Below are positions 1 to 10,897 of a stretch of DNA of 64,000 nucleotides, one piece after another (position 1 is the stretch's first letter; each line of letters starts with the position of its first letter). A program made the position numbers and the translations under genes. The DNA is from a virus: positions 64,001 through 128,000 of IMG/VR virus record IMGVR_UViG_3300043427_001127, one strand, 5' to 3'. The notes under the pieces are model-generated. The model had not been told where the DNA came from. It worked only from the letters and a program-made list of their open reading frames with translations, and made no database searches.

Positions 1-2
1 AT

Positions 3-116
3 CCCCGCAGGGCGTCATTCTGTGCAAGAATGAAAGGAATGCGTAAGAGACAGAAAGATAAAAATAACACTGGAGAAGATCGTCTATCTAAATCATTAAG
101 AGCTTGGAACTGCTGA
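3..116 (+). CDS. 3' end of conserved cyanophage hypothetical protein (partial)
   Basis: Frame 3 reads PRRASFCARMKGMRKRQK...SKSLRAWNC*, a motif I recognise from T4-like cyanophage proteins; truncated by window edge. Confidence 0.6.
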   Translation, partial: PRRASFCARMKGMRKRQKDKNNTGEDRLSKSLRAWNC

Positions 117-191
117 CAAAAGTATATCATTTGTTACTTGACAAACACTTCGTATCCTATATAATAACATTACCGTCTCAAGGTAAGACAC

Positions 192-425
192 ATGGATACC
201 AAAACCTGCCCTAAATGTGGGGCTTGCTGGATTGGAGGGCAACACTTCTGGGCTGGCACAAATAAGAGGGGAAATGAAACTGAACTCGCTTCTTTAGTTT
301 GTGATAAGTTTGGAGATGATACTTGTATCAATCCAGCACAAGGAACCACCAAAGGCGATGGGTGGGAAAAGAGATTAAATAGTATGCAAGAAATCGAAAA
401 GGATATTAGTAGAGCAAATGAGTGA
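192..425 (+). CDS. hypothetical Cys-rich protein
   Basis: 77-aa ORF with CPKCG; preceded by TTGACA-16-TATAAT (138-165); overlaps gp17 start. Confidence 0.7.
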   Translation: MDTKTCPKCGACWIGGQHFWAGTNKRGNETELASLVCDKFGDDTCINPAQGTTKGDGWEKRLNSMQEIEKDISRANE

Positions 426-2082
426 TGCAGTATATCTTGGTAATCCTAATCTAAAGAAAGCTAATACCGCTATTAGTTTTACAAAGGATCAAGTCGAAGA
501 GTTTATTAAATGCAAAGATGATCCTGTTTACTTTGCAAAGAACTATGTAAAGATCATCTCACTTGATGAAGGTCTTGTTCCTTTTGAGATGTATGATTTC
601 CAAGAGAAACTGATTGAAAACTTTCATAATAACAGATTTAATATTGCCAAACTTCCAAGACAGACAGGAAAATCGACAACGGTTATTTCCTACCTGTTGC
701 ACTACGCAGTATTCAACGACAACATCAAGATTGCTATTCTAGCAAACAAAGCAGAAACGTCAAGAGAACTTCTGTCTCGTTTGCAGTTAGCATATGAGAA
801 TCTACCGAAGTGGATGCAGCAAGGTATTGTAGCATGGAACAAAGGATCTATGGAACTGGATAATGGTTCCAAGATTATAGCAGCATCCACCTCATCATCT
901 GCTGTGCGAGGAAACTCTTTCAACATCATCTTCCTTGACGAGTTTGCGTTCGTTCCTAACCACATGGCGGAACAGTTCTTCTCGTCCGTATATCCTACCA
1001 TCTCGTCTGGTAAGACCACAAAGGTTATTATCATTTCCACCCCACAGGGTATGAACATGTTCTATAAGCTGTGGCATGACGCAGAGCGCGGCAGGAACGG
1101 CTACGTGCCCCTTGAAGTTCATTGGAGTGCAGTTCCTGGCAGAGATGAGAAGTGGAAGGAAGAGACGATCAGGAACACCTCCGAGAGGCAGTTCACGCAG
1201 GAGTTTGAGTGTGAGTTCCTAGGATCAGTTGATACGCTTATCTCGGCTGCTAAGTTGCGTTCAATGGTCTTTGAAGACCCTATACAAGATAATAGCAAAG
1301 GATTAAAGGTATACGAGGAAGCAAAGAAAGATCACGACTACATCATGACAGTCGATGTATCCCGTGGAACCAACAATGATTACTCCGCTTTTGTCGTATT
1401 CGATATTACCACACTACCCTGGAAGATAGTTGCTAAGTATCGAAACAACGAAATCAAACCAATCCTATTCCCCAACATTATTGAACAGGTTGGCAAAAAC
1501 TATAACAAAGCATATATTCTAGCAGAAGTCAATGACATCGGTGAGCAGGTAACTAATATTCTTCATTACGATTTAGAGTATCCAAACATTCTAATGTGTG
1601 CCATGCGTGGTAGAGCTGGTCAGATTGTTGGTCAAGGATTCTCTGGCACCAAATCTCAACTTGGTCTGAAGATGTCGAAGGTGACTAAGAAAGTTGGGTG
1701 CTCAAACTTAAAGACATTGATTGAAGACGATAAACTATTAATCTCAGACTATGAGATTATCAGTGAACTCACTACATTTATTCAAAAGAATCAATCGTTT
1801 GAAGCTGACGATGGATATAACGATGACCTTGTGATGTGTCTAGTTCTATTCTCGTGGTTGGCGGTTCAACCTTACTTCAGGGAGATGACTGATAACGATG
1901 TTCGCAAGCGTATCTACGAAGAACAGAAGAATCAGATTGAACAAGATATGGCACCTTTCGGATTTATATCAGATGGAATCATTGACGAAGAAGAAAAATT
2001 TGTTGATGAAGACGGAAACGTTTGGTATACAGATGGATACGGCAATCCGTTTGCAGATGTAGAATATATGTTGGGTTACTGA
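418..2082 (+). CDS. gp17: terminase large subunit
   Basis: YLGNPNLK N-terminus, Walker A PRQTGKST, Walker B FLDEFAF, C-terminal nuclease DDLVM; T4-like synteny. Confidence 0.98.
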   Translation: MSDAVYLGNPNLKKANTAISFTKDQVEEFIKCKDDPVYFAKNYVKIISLDEGLVPFEMYDFQEKLIENFHNNRFNIAKLPRQTGKSTTVISYLLHYAVFNDNIKIAILANKAETSRELLSRLQLAYENLPKWMQQGIVAWNKGSMELDNGSKIIAASTSSSAVRGNSFNIIFLDEFAFVPNHMAEQFFSSVYPTISSGKTTKVIIISTPQGMNMFYKLWHDAERGRNGYVPLEVHWSAVPGRDEKWKEETIRNTSERQFTQEFECEFLGSVDTLISAAKLRSMVFEDPIQDNSKGLKVYEEAKKDHDYIMTVDVSRGTNNDYSAFVVFDITTLPWKIVAKYRNNEIKPILFPNIIEQVGKNYNKAYILAEVNDIGEQVTNILHYDLEYPNILMCAMRGRAGQIVGQGFSGTKSQLGLKMSKVTKKVGCSNLKTLIEDDKLLISDYEIISELTTFIQKNQSFEADDGYNDDLVMCLVLFSWLAVQPYFREMTDNDVRKRIYEEQKNQIEQDMAPFGFISDGIIDEEEKFVDEDGNVWYTDGYGNPFADVEYMLGY

Positions 2083-2303
2083 TGGACATCGAAGATCAGT
2101 TTTCACTGGAACATTTATTGTTTAAAGAAAGAACATGTAGATGTTGTGGAGAGATCAAAGATCTTTTAGATGACTATTATATTATAAGAAAATCAAAGAG
2201 ACATTTACCTTCGTCATACTCTTATGAGTGTAAAGATTGCACTATCAAGAGATTGATGGCAAATAAAAAATCCCCAAATACATGGGAATATCCTGACTGG
2301 TAA
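2082..2303 (+). CDS. small Zn-binding hypothetical protein
   Basis: ATG overlaps gp17 stop; CRCC...CKDC, ends WEYPDW. Confidence 0.7.
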   Translation: MDIEDQFSLEHLLFKERTCRCCGEIKDLLDDYYIIRKSKRHLPSSYSYECKDCTIKRLMANKKSPNTWEYPDW

Positions 2304-2403
2304 CTAGTTCATGCACTGTTCATGCATATTTTTTGGATTTGAAATAACCATTTTCATAAATACTTTTAGATTAAAATGAACTACTTTTCACGAGGAGAAA
2401 AAC

Positions 2404-4035
2404 ATGGCAGGTCAAGTATCACCTGGAATTGTTCTTAGAGAGCGTGATCTAACAGCACAAACTATTGTCAATACTCAAGCAAATACTGCAGCACTTGTAG
2501 GATTGTTTGAAAAAGGACCAGTTGGTGTTATTACTAATATTGCATCAGAGAGAGAACTTCTAGATACGTTTGGTGGTCCAAACAATAATAACTATCAAGA
2601 TTGGTTCACTGCCGCTACATTTTTAGCTTACGGCGGTCAACTACTAATCGTTCGTATTGCAGCAACAGATTCAATCAATGCTACCGATGATGGCACTGGA
2701 GTATTGATTAAATCCAGAGAACAATACGATTCACAATACACGACATATAACTGGTTGTTTGCAGCAAAAACTGCTGGTGCCTGGGCAAATGGATTAAAGA
2801 TTGCTATCATCGGAAAATCTGTTGCAAACTACGAAACAGCAGTTATCTACGAAGATGCTCAAGGCAATGATGTTTTATGGTCAGCATTTGCTTCAGATTT
2901 TGAGTATGCCGATAACGGTGCTTGTCACATCGCTGTTCTAGATTCAGATAATAACTTACTAGAACTATTTAAATATGTGTCTACAAATACAAGTGCTACT
3001 GACACAGAAGGAGCATCGATTTATTACGTTAATGTTTTAGCAAATAAATCAAGATATGTATATGCTGGAGACACATTTACACTAACTGCAGGAGTTGCCA
3101 CAGAAACATTAAGTGGTGGAGAAGATGATTACGGTGCTGCTGTATCAGATTACACTGATGGTTATGATGTTTTTGCAGACACAGAATCAATCGATATCAA
3201 TTTTATTATATCTGGCGGCAGTTTAGGAAATCAAAACGATACTGTAACTAAGGCTCAGGCAGCTATCTCAATCGCAACTTCAAGAAAAGATTGCGTTGCT
3301 TTTGTTTCTCCATACAATAACTTTGTTGGATTAACCTCTTCTCAAGATCAAAGAGATGCAATCATTTCTTTCTTCGATCAACTAGGAACTAGCAACTCTT
3401 ACACCATTTTTGATAGTGGTTATAAGTATATTTACGACAGATATAATGATGTGTATCGCTATGTTCCTTGCTGTGGAGATGTAGCAGGTTTATGTGTACA
3501 AACTTCAGAGATTCTAGAAGATTGGTACTCACCCGCTGGAACCCAAAGAGGTAACTTAAGAAACGTTGTTAAACTAGCATATACACCTGGAAAGACAGAT
3601 AGAGACAAACTCTATCAAAAGAGAATCAATCCTATCACATCGTTCCCAGGTCAAGGTGTAGTTCTCTTCGGAGATAAGACTGCTCTAGCAACCCCAAGTG
3701 CTTTTGATCGCATCAATGTTCGTCGTTTATTCTTGGCTATTGAAAGAAGAGTTGGCAATCTTGCAAAGAATGTTCTATTTGAACTTAACGACGAAGCAAC
3801 TAGAGCAACATTTGCAAATGCAGTTAGCTCTTATCTAACTGAAGTTAAATCTAAGAGAGGAGTTATTGACTTCTTAGTAGTTTGCGATGAAAGCAATAAT
3901 ACCCCTGATGTTATTGATAGAAATGAGTTTGTTGCTGATATTTACATCAAACCAACAAGGTCGATTAACTTCATCACACTAACTTTTGTTGCTACCAGAA
4001 CTGGCGTTTCATTTGCTGAAGTTGTCGGTAGATAA
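2404..4035 (+). CDS. gp18: tail sheath protein
   Basis: SPGIVLRERD N-terminus, WYSPAG, FDRINVRRLF, IKPTRSINFITL; late promoter ATAAATA and GAGGAG RBS upstream. Confidence 0.97.
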   Translation: MAGQVSPGIVLRERDLTAQTIVNTQANTAALVGLFEKGPVGVITNIASERELLDTFGGPNNNNYQDWFTAATFLAYGGQLLIVRIAATDSINATDDGTGVLIKSREQYDSQYTTYNWLFAAKTAGAWANGLKIAIIGKSVANYETAVIYEDAQGNDVLWSAFASDFEYADNGACHIAVLDSDNNLLELFKYVSTNTSATDTEGASIYYVNVLANKSRYVYAGDTFTLTAGVATETLSGGEDDYGAAVSDYTDGYDVFADTESIDINFIISGGSLGNQNDTVTKAQAAISIATSRKDCVAFVSPYNNFVGLTSSQDQRDAIISFFDQLGTSNSYTIFDSGYKYIYDRYNDVYRYVPCCGDVAGLCVQTSEILEDWYSPAGTQRGNLRNVVKLAYTPGKTDRDKLYQKRINPITSFPGQGVVLFGDKTALATPSAFDRINVRRLFLAIERRVGNLAKNVLFELNDEATRATFANAVSSYLTEVKSKRGVIDFLVVCDESNNTPDVIDRNEFVADIYIKPTRSINFITLTFVATRTGVSFAEVVGR

Positions 4036-4070
4036 TAAACAATAACAACTTTTAAAAGAGGTAACTAAAA

Positions 4071-4661
4071 ATGGCAGTAACAAGTAGCATTAACACTTTT
4101 CTATCAAACGTACAGAATGGTGTAAGACCCAATCTATATGAAGTTGATTTCAACTTCCCAAATGATACAAATATTGCATCAGACGCAACTAACGAACTAA
4201 GTGGATTGATGTGTAAAGCAGCTGCTCTACCAGCATCAAACTTAGGCGTTATTGAAGTTCCTTTCAGAGGAAGAACAGTAAAGATTGCAGGTGATAGAAC
4301 TTTCGATACATGGACAGCAACTTTCATCAACGACAGAAACTTCGCTATTCGCGGAGCTATGGAGAAGTGGATGGAAGCAATCAACGCACACGAGAAGAAC
4401 AGCGCAAGCCTCGTTCTTCCATCTACTTCTGGTGGTTATCTAGCAGATCTGCTAGTCAAGCAACTAGAAAGAGATAACAGTGCAGGTGGTGAAGTTAAAA
4501 CTGTATACAAACTATGGGGTTGTTTCCCAACCAATATTTCTCAGATTGACCTCGCATATGATAGTAATGATCAGATTGAAGATTTCACAGTTGAGTTCCA
4601 ACTTCAGTACTGGACTCGCGGAGATTCTGATCCTTACACAAATGTCATTGCTGGTGCTTGA
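4071..4661 (+). CDS. gp19: tail tube protein
   Basis: RPNLYEV, PFRGRTVKIAGDRTFDTW, IEDFTVEFQ; follows gp18. Confidence 0.96.
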   Translation: MAVTSSINTFLSNVQNGVRPNLYEVDFNFPNDTNIASDATNELSGLMCKAAALPASNLGVIEVPFRGRTVKIAGDRTFDTWTATFINDRNFAIRGAMEKWMEAINAHEKNSASLVLPSTSGGYLADLLVKQLERDNSAGGEVKTVYKLWGCFPTNISQIDLAYDSNDQIEDFTVEFQLQYWTRGDSDPYTNVIAGA

Positions 4662-4691
4662 TAAATAGTTGTATCATGAAACCATTTAACA

Positions 4692-6308
4692 ATGAGTCAA
4701 CTATTTGGATTTTCTATTAAGCAGGAGGGGGGATTAAAAGGTCAATCCCCTATCCCACCAAATGCAGACGATGGAGTAACCGCTGTAGCAGGCGGTTACT
4801 TTGGTTCGTATGTAGACATTGAAGGTGTCGCTCGCAATGAGTTTGAACTCATTCGCAGATACAGAGACATGGCACTACATCCAGAAGTCGATTCTGCTAT
4901 TGATGAAATCGTTAATGAAACTATCGCATCCGATTTGGATGACAGCCCAGTTCAAATAGAACTATCTAACTTACAAGTTAGTGAAAGTATTAAAAATAAA
5001 ATCAGAGAAGAGTTTAACTACATCAAACGTTTATTGAGTTTTGATTCTCGCTCACACGAGATTTTCAGAAACTGGTATATTGACGGTAGACTATATTACC
5101 ACAAAGTAATCGATTTAAACAATCCTAAAGCTGGTATTCTTGAACTGAGATATATTGACCCGATGAAAATTAAGAAGGTCAAAGTTCAAAATAAAGACCA
5201 GAAAGAAGTAATGAGTCAGGAGACTCGCGGCACAGCACTTCAATATAACTTCGGTGAGTTTATTGAGTACTTCCTTTACAATCCAAAAGGATATATTACA
5301 AGCGCAAACTTCGATGGTAATGCCATGGCAAATGGCATGAAGATTGCTGCTGATGCTATTACATATGTTCCTTCTGGCATTCAAGATCTCAACAAAAAAA
5401 TGACGTTGAGTTTCTTACACAAAGCAATCAAGGCACTCAACCAGCTTCGCATGATTGAAGATGCGCTGGTTATCTACAGACTTTCACGCGCACCAGAACG
5501 TCGTATTTTCTACATCGACGTAGGCAATCTCCCAAAGGTAAAAGCAGAGCAATACCTTAGAGAGGTAATGGCACGTTACCGCAACAAACTTGTATACGAT
5601 GCCGCCACTGGAGAAATCCGCGACGACAAAAAGCATATGAGTATGCTTGAGGACTTTTGGCTCCCTCGTCGTGAAGGTGGCAGAGGAACTGAAATCACAA
5701 CTCTGCCTGGTGGTCAAAATCTGGGAGAACTTAAGGATGTTGAATATTTCAAAAAGAAACTGTACAACTCACTTAACCTTCCACCATCACGTCTAGATGA
5801 TGCTAACCAAGGATTCTCACTTGGTCGTTCATCTGAGATTCTAAGAGATGAACTTAAGTTTTCCAAGTGGATCGGAAGACTTCGCAAAAGATTTAGCACT
5901 ATATTCCACGACACTTTAAGAACACAACTTATTCTGAAAGGAATCATTGCCCCAGAAGATTGGGAGCAAATGCAAGAGCACATTCAGTATGACTATCAGT
6001 TTGATAATCATTTTGAAGAACTTAAGCAAGCAGAACTAATGGGCAATCGCTTACAAGTTGCAACTGCTTTGGATCCTTTCTTAGGAAAGTATTACTCCAT
6101 TGAACATGTTCGTCGTCAAGTATTAATGCAAACTGATGCTGAGTATGACGAGATTACTAAGCAAATGGAGAATGAGATTGCGGAAGGCAAGATTCCAGAT
6201 CCAATCCACACAAACCTAATGAATGCAGCAACTTTGGAAGTGGGGGCATTGCCTCCTCCACCTCCTGCTCCAGTAGCTGCACCCAAACCTAAAACATCAG
6301 AAAAATAA
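4692..6308 (+). CDS. gp20: portal vertex protein
   Basis: YRLSRAPERRIFYIDVGNLP, EDFWLPRREGGRGTEITTLPGG. Confidence 0.98.
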   Translation: MSQLFGFSIKQEGGLKGQSPIPPNADDGVTAVAGGYFGSYVDIEGVARNEFELIRRYRDMALHPEVDSAIDEIVNETIASDLDDSPVQIELSNLQVSESIKNKIREEFNYIKRLLSFDSRSHEIFRNWYIDGRLYYHKVIDLNNPKAGILELRYIDPMKIKKVKVQNKDQKEVMSQETRGTALQYNFGEFIEYFLYNPKGYITSANFDGNAMANGMKIAADAITYVPSGIQDLNKKMTLSFLHKAIKALNQLRMIEDALVIYRLSRAPERRIFYIDVGNLPKVKAEQYLREVMARYRNKLVYDAATGEIRDDKKHMSMLEDFWLPRREGGRGTEITTLPGGQNLGELKDVEYFKKKLYNSLNLPPSRLDDANQGFSLGRSSEILRDELKFSKWIGRLRKRFSTIFHDTLRTQLILKGIIAPEDWEQMQEHIQYDYQFDNHFEELKQAELMGNRLQVATALDPFLGKYYSIEHVRRQVLMQTDAEYDEITKQMENEIAEGKIPDPIHTNLMNAATLEVGALPPPPPAPVAAPKPKTSEK

Positions 6309-6331
6309 ATAATTTATTATAGGTAAATCAA

Positions 6332-6532
6332 ATGGATACTATTGAAGTCGTAAACGCCGTCCGTGACGGTAATAGAGTTCAAGCACTCGATAAAATTGCT
6401 GACATCCTCTATGGAAAAGCAGCAGAAGCAATGAAAGATTACAAACAAGTTGTTGCTCATTCTTTTTTCGATCAACCAGAATCTCCTGAAGAGGAGGTAG
6501 AAGAAACACCATCAGAGGAAACAGACCAATGA
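6332..6532 (+). CDS. small acidic prohead core protein (gp67/68-like position)
   Basis: 66 aa, acidic C-terminus, between gp20 and gp21, late promoter upstream. Confidence 0.6.
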   Translation: MDTIEVVNAVRDGNRVQALDKIADILYGKAAEAMKDYKQVVAHSFFDQPESPEEEVEETPSEETDQ

Positions 6533-7173
6533 AACTAATCACCGAAGCAATCGAAGATATTCAAATCCTCGAAGAAGAAGCAAACGGAAAAAAACTACTA
6601 TACATCGAAGGTGTATTCCTTCAGGCAGATTTGAAAAACCGAAATGGTCGTGTTTATCCATTCGGTGTTCTTGAGCGTGAAGTTGGTAGATATAATGAAC
6701 AGTATGTTTCTGCTGGTCGTGCTCTCGGTGAACTAGGTCATCCCGATGGTCCTACTGTAAATCTAGATCGCGTATCTCATAAGATTGTTTCTCTCAAAGC
6801 AGAGGGTTCAAACTTTATTGGAAAAGCACAAATCCTAGACACACCAATGGGAAACATTGCCAAATCTCTTCTAAGTTCGGGAGTTAAACTTGGCGTTTCT
6901 TCTAGAGGCATGGGTTCTATCGAAGAGAAGAACGGTGCCAACTATGTCCGTGATGATTTCATGCTCGCAACTGCTGCTGATATTGTAGCAGACCCTTCCG
7001 CGCCCGACGCATTTGTGAACGGAATCATGGAAGGTAAAGAGTGGGTTTGGGAAAATGGCATTATTAAGGAAGTTAATATTGCTAAATATCACAGATATAT
7101 TTCTGAATCTACCAGAAAAAATCTTGAGGAGAGATCGTTGAAAGCATTCAATCATTTCTTACAAAATTTATAA
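6529..7173 (+). CDS. gp21: prohead core protease
   Basis: NRNGRVYP, ALGELGHP, GVSSRGMGS, DIVADPSAPDA. Confidence 0.97.
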   Translation: MKLITEAIEDIQILEEEANGKKLLYIEGVFLQADLKNRNGRVYPFGVLEREVGRYNEQYVSAGRALGELGHPDGPTVNLDRVSHKIVSLKAEGSNFIGKAQILDTPMGNIAKSLLSSGVKLGVSSRGMGSIEEKNGANYVRDDFMLATAADIVADPSAPDAFVNGIMEGKEWVWENGIIKEVNIAKYHRYISESTRKNLEERSLKAFNHFLQNL

Positions 7174-7226
7174 TATCATAAATAATCATAGAATAAACAT
7201 ATAGTAAGTATTACGAGGAATCTCAA

Positions 7227-8357
7227 ATGTCAGATAACTTAAACGAAAAGTTTGAGGAGCTTGTAACTGAGTCAGATGTAATGACGAGTGCTCTCTCCCC
7301 AGCTATTGTTCCTGGTCAATCATCTGGTATCGGTCAATACATGCAACCCGTTACTGGTCAAGTAAGCGACGCGCAAACACGCGGCGGTCACAAAGACTCA
7401 GGATTTGAACTACCAACTTCTCTTGCTCCTGGGCAATCAGAAGAAGATAACGGTGGTTCTGATTTTGAAGATCCAGAGGGTGAGGACAATCCTGGAGCAA
7501 AAGCTGCTAAGCACAACAAAAAAGTTGCTGATGCACAAACACGCGGCAAGCACCAAGATTCGGGCTTCTCGGTTAAGTCATCTGGTTATGGCGTTGAGAA
7601 TGGTCCCAACAATACAAAAGTATTTGGTATGGAAGCAATCAACTATTCCGCTGCGGAAGATGTTGCTGCCCTTACTGAAGGCGAAGAGTTCTCAGAAGAG
7701 TTTAAAGCAAAAGCAACCACAATCTTTGAAGCTGCTGTTAAGACACGCATCGAAGAGCAAGTAACTGCTATTGCTTCAACTCTAGAGGAGCAGTTCTCCG
7801 CCAAACTACAAGAGGAGATTGCATCCTTAGCAGAGAAAGTTGATGAAACACTCAACTATGCAATCACCACTTGGGTAGAAGAGAACCAAGTTGCACTCGA
7901 TGCAGGTCTCAAGCTTGAGATCGCTGAAGAGTTCATGGGTGGTCTCAAAAAAGTTTTTGAAGAAAACTACCTCAATCTCCCAGAAGAGAAAGTCGATGTT
8001 GTTGAAACAATGACTGAGGAGCTTTGTGAAATGGAAGGTCGCTTAAACGAACAGATTGAGCGTAATATTGATCTTAATAATAAACTCGCTGGTTATCAAA
8101 AGCAAGTTATCCTTTCTCAAATGAGCGAGGGTCTTGTTGATACTCAAAGAGAAAAACTTGCTTCTCTTGCTGAAGGGGTGGAGTTTGTTTCTGAAGAAGA
8201 CTTCAAGAACAAAGTCGCAACTCTCATTGGCAGCTACTTCCCTAAGCATGTAGTGAATGAGCAAGTACTACCTGAAGTCTCAGGTGAGCAAGGAACCGAA
8301 GAAGTATCACCAGTAATGGCTGCATACCTCCAGGCTCTTTCTCGCTGGAGCAACTGA
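7227..8357 (+). CDS. gp22: prohead core scaffold protein
   Basis: Acidic coiled coil, KAKATTIFEAAV, position between gp21 and gp23. Confidence 0.93.
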   Translation: MSDNLNEKFEELVTESDVMTSALSPAIVPGQSSGIGQYMQPVTGQVSDAQTRGGHKDSGFELPTSLAPGQSEEDNGGSDFEDPEGEDNPGAKAAKHNKKVADAQTRGKHQDSGFSVKSSGYGVENGPNNTKVFGMEAINYSAAEDVAALTEGEEFSEEFKAKATTIFEAAVKTRIEEQVTAIASTLEEQFSAKLQEEIASLAEKVDETLNYAITTWVEENQVALDAGLKLEIAEEFMGGLKKVFEENYLNLPEEKVDVVETMTEELCEMEGRLNEQIERNIDLNNKLAGYQKQVILSQMSEGLVDTQREKLASLAEGVEFVSEEDFKNKVATLIGSYFPKHVVNEQVLPEVSGEQGTEEVSPVMAAYLQALSRWSN

Positions 8358-8405
8358 TTATAATAAATAATTTTAACCCCAATAACTCAACGGAGTAAAA
8401 GCAAA

Positions 8406-9827
8406 ATGTCTGACACAAGAATTTTGCAGGAAAAGTGGGCACCTGTTCTAAATCACGGTGGTCTTCCTGAAATCAAGGATGCATATCGTAAACAGGTTGT
8501 TGCTACCCTGCTAGAAAACCAAGAGCGTGCTATCCGCGAAGAGCACGGTATGCTTCATGAAGTTACCTCACAGGTAAACTCATTAGGTTCCGCAACTATC
8601 GCACCTGCTGGTTCAGCTCTATCATCCAGCAACACTGCTGGTCTCGCTGGTTTCGATCCTATCCTAATCAGCCTAATCCGCCGTTCAATGCCTAACCTTG
8701 TCGCTTATGACATCGCTGGCGTTCAACCAATGAGCGGTCCTACTGGTCTTATCTTCGCAATGCGTGCTCGTTACGAGAACCAAGGCGGCGCTGAGGCTCT
8801 CTACTACGAACCAGACGAGGCATTCTCAGCTGGTTACGATGCAACCAAGGGCGCTTATAACGTTCGTGGTGCTGACGGAACTGGTGGAGATGCTGAGGGC
8901 AACAACCCTGCAGTTCTTAACGATGCAGTACCTTCTGCATACGAAGTTGCTCGTGGCATGAGCCGTGAGACTTCTGAAGTTCTAGGTGAAGCAAATACTC
9001 TATTCCGCGAGATGGCGTTCAGCATCGAGAAGACCTCGGTGACTGCTAAGACACGCGCTCTCAAGGCTGAGTACACCCTAGAGCTAGCACAAGACCTCAA
9101 GGCAATCCATGGTCTTGATGCTGAGCAAGAGCTCGCCAACCTACTCTCAAGCGAGATCCTCGCTGAGATCAACCGTGAAATCATCCGTACCGTTTACACT
9201 GTTGCACTTCCTGGTGCTCAGCAAGACGTTGCTACTCAGGGTACTTTCGACCTTGATATCGATTCAAACGGTCGTTGGATGGCAGAGAAGTTCAAGGGTC
9301 TCCTATTCCAAATCCAGCGTGATGCAAACGCAATCGGTCAACTCACCCGTAGAGGTAAGGGCAACTTCATGATCTGCTCAGCAGACGTTGCTTCCGCTAT
9401 GAGCATGGCTGGTATGCTTGATTACGCTCCTGCTCTCAACACTTCACTCAACGTTGATGACACTGGTAACGTATTTGCTGGTGTTCTTCAGGGTGGTATC
9501 CGTGTTTACATCGATCCATTCGGTGCTCCTGTTTACTCACAAGGTCAGGCTGCTAAGCACTACTACGTCATGGGTTATAAGGGCACATCACCTTATGATG
9601 CTGGTCTCTTCTATTGCCCATACGTTCCCCTCCAAATGGTTCGTTCGATCAATCCTGACACCTTCCAGCCTAAGATTGGATTCAAGACTCGTTACGGTAT
9701 GGTCAGCAACCCATTCGTTTCAACCACAAACGTTAATGGTATCGCTGGTGGTACTCCAGATGGCGGCATCCTTACTCCTAATACTAACCAGTATTACAGA
9801 AGAGTTAAGGTTACCAACCTCACCTGA
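8406..9827 (+). CDS. gp23: major capsid protein
   Basis: GVQPMSGPTGLIFAMR, RALKAEYTLELAQDLKAIHGLDAE, FQPKIGFKTRYG. Confidence 0.99.
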   Translation: MSDTRILQEKWAPVLNHGGLPEIKDAYRKQVVATLLENQERAIREEHGMLHEVTSQVNSLGSATIAPAGSALSSSNTAGLAGFDPILISLIRRSMPNLVAYDIAGVQPMSGPTGLIFAMRARYENQGGAEALYYEPDEAFSAGYDATKGAYNVRGADGTGGDAEGNNPAVLNDAVPSAYEVARGMSRETSEVLGEANTLFREMAFSIEKTSVTAKTRALKAEYTLELAQDLKAIHGLDAEQELANLLSSEILAEINREIIRTVYTVALPGAQQDVATQGTFDLDIDSNGRWMAEKFKGLLFQIQRDANAIGQLTRRGKGNFMICSADVASAMSMAGMLDYAPALNTSLNVDDTGNVFAGVLQGGIRVYIDPFGAPVYSQGQAAKHYYVMGYKGTSPYDAGLFYCPYVPLQMVRSINPDTFQPKIGFKTRYGMVSNPFVSTTNVNGIAGGTPDGGILTPNTNQYYRRVKVTNLT

Positions 9828-9844
9828 TTTATCAGGTTCTTCTC

Positions 9845-9872
9845 AGACCTCCCGCAAGGGGGGTCTTTTTTT
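9845..9872 (+). terminator. Rho-independent terminator after gp23
   Basis: AGACCTCCC-GCAA-GGGGGGTCT hairpin followed by T run. Confidence 0.9.
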
Positions 9873-9904
9873 ATGGAAATAAATAGTAAAAAAAGGATAA
9901 GATC

Positions 9905-10417
9905 ATGCCAGCAAAATGGTTTGAAGAACAACCAGCAAATAGAAACTTTCTTGCTCCAGCGGGTTTTAAACTAGAGTTAGAACTTTTTCCAGGTGTAGAT
10001 TTTTTCTGTCAAAGAGCTGGAGTTCCTGATATTTCAGTTCCTACTACAGAAGTTCCAACTCCATTTAGAAGTTTGTCTATACCTTCTGCAGGTGGTGTAA
10101 CTTATGGAGATTTCAGATTACAGTTTATTATTGATGAAGATTTAAAAAACTATCTCTCTATTTTTGATTGGATTCAAAAAAATAATCTAGCAGAAACTTA
10201 CGATGATAGTGGTATAGAGTTTTGTAATGCTGAACTTCATATACTGAATAGTAACTTTAAAACAAATAGAATAGTATTTTTTGAAAGATTATTTCCAATA
10301 GATTTGTCTGGAGTTGAGTTTGATGTTGGTGATCAAGATGTAGAATACATTACTGCTAATGTAACCTTTAAGTTTTTTAGATATTATTTTACAAATAAAA
10401 ATAACGAGGAGTTGTGA
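9905..10417 (+). CDS. gp3: tail completion / sheath stabiliser
   Basis: NRNFLAPAGF, FIIDEDLKNY, LFPIDLS; synteny after gp23. Confidence 0.88.
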   Translation: MPAKWFEEQPANRNFLAPAGFKLELELFPGVDFFCQRAGVPDISVPTTEVPTPFRSLSIPSAGGVTYGDFRLQFIIDEDLKNYLSIFDWIQKNNLAETYDDSGIEFCNAELHILNSNFKTNRIVFFERLFPIDLSGVEFDVGDQDVEYITANVTFKFFRYYFTNKNNEEL

Positions 10418-10420
10418 TTT

Positions 10421-10897
10421 ATGAAGTTTGATGATTTGAGAACCCTTTTTAATCATGTTAAATCAGAATGGCAAGAAGATTCACATATCGACTTCCAGTT
10501 TAAAAACAAACAATACTCAGCAGACCTAGCACAAATCTCGCTAGACATTCCTTACCAACACAATAAATATTTAAACTTCTACAACGATTTTTCTACAGAG
10601 AAGACTGCACTGGAGTTCCAGTATCGTATGAAGTTAAAAGAAAAAAGAGAATATTATCAAGGCGAAGCCGATCCTGAAGTTTACAAAGAAAAACCTTTTG
10701 GGCAATCCATAAAAACATCCGAGAAGATGAAAGTATATCTAGAAGCGGATGAGGATTTGATTAACATTGAGATGAAAATAGAGTTTATTAATAAGGCACT
10801 TTTCTTTTTGGATAATGTTCTTAAAATGATTTCCAACAGAAGTTTCCAAATTAAAAACGCTATCGAGTGGGAGAAGTTTATTAACGGTAGCACCTAA
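10421..10897 (+). CDS. uvsY: recombination mediator UvsY
   Basis: C-terminal RSFQIKNAIEWEKF; precedes uvsW. Confidence 0.9.
   Translation: MKFDDLRTLFNHVKSEWQEDSHIDFQFKNKQYSADLAQISLDIPYQHNKYLNFYNDFSTEKTALEFQYRMKLKEKREYYQGEADPEVYKEKPFGQSIKTSEKMKVYLEADEDLINIEMKIEFINKALFFLDNVLKMISNRSFQIKNAIEWEKFINGST

Noticed and set aside
170-190. Mini-pseudoknot TTACC/GGTAA with GTC/GAC before ORF 192
   Set aside because: Stems too short to distinguish from chance.
2404-4035. Short tail sheath (543 aa) as a truncation
   Set aside because: Both conserved termini are intact; only the variable middle domain is shorter.
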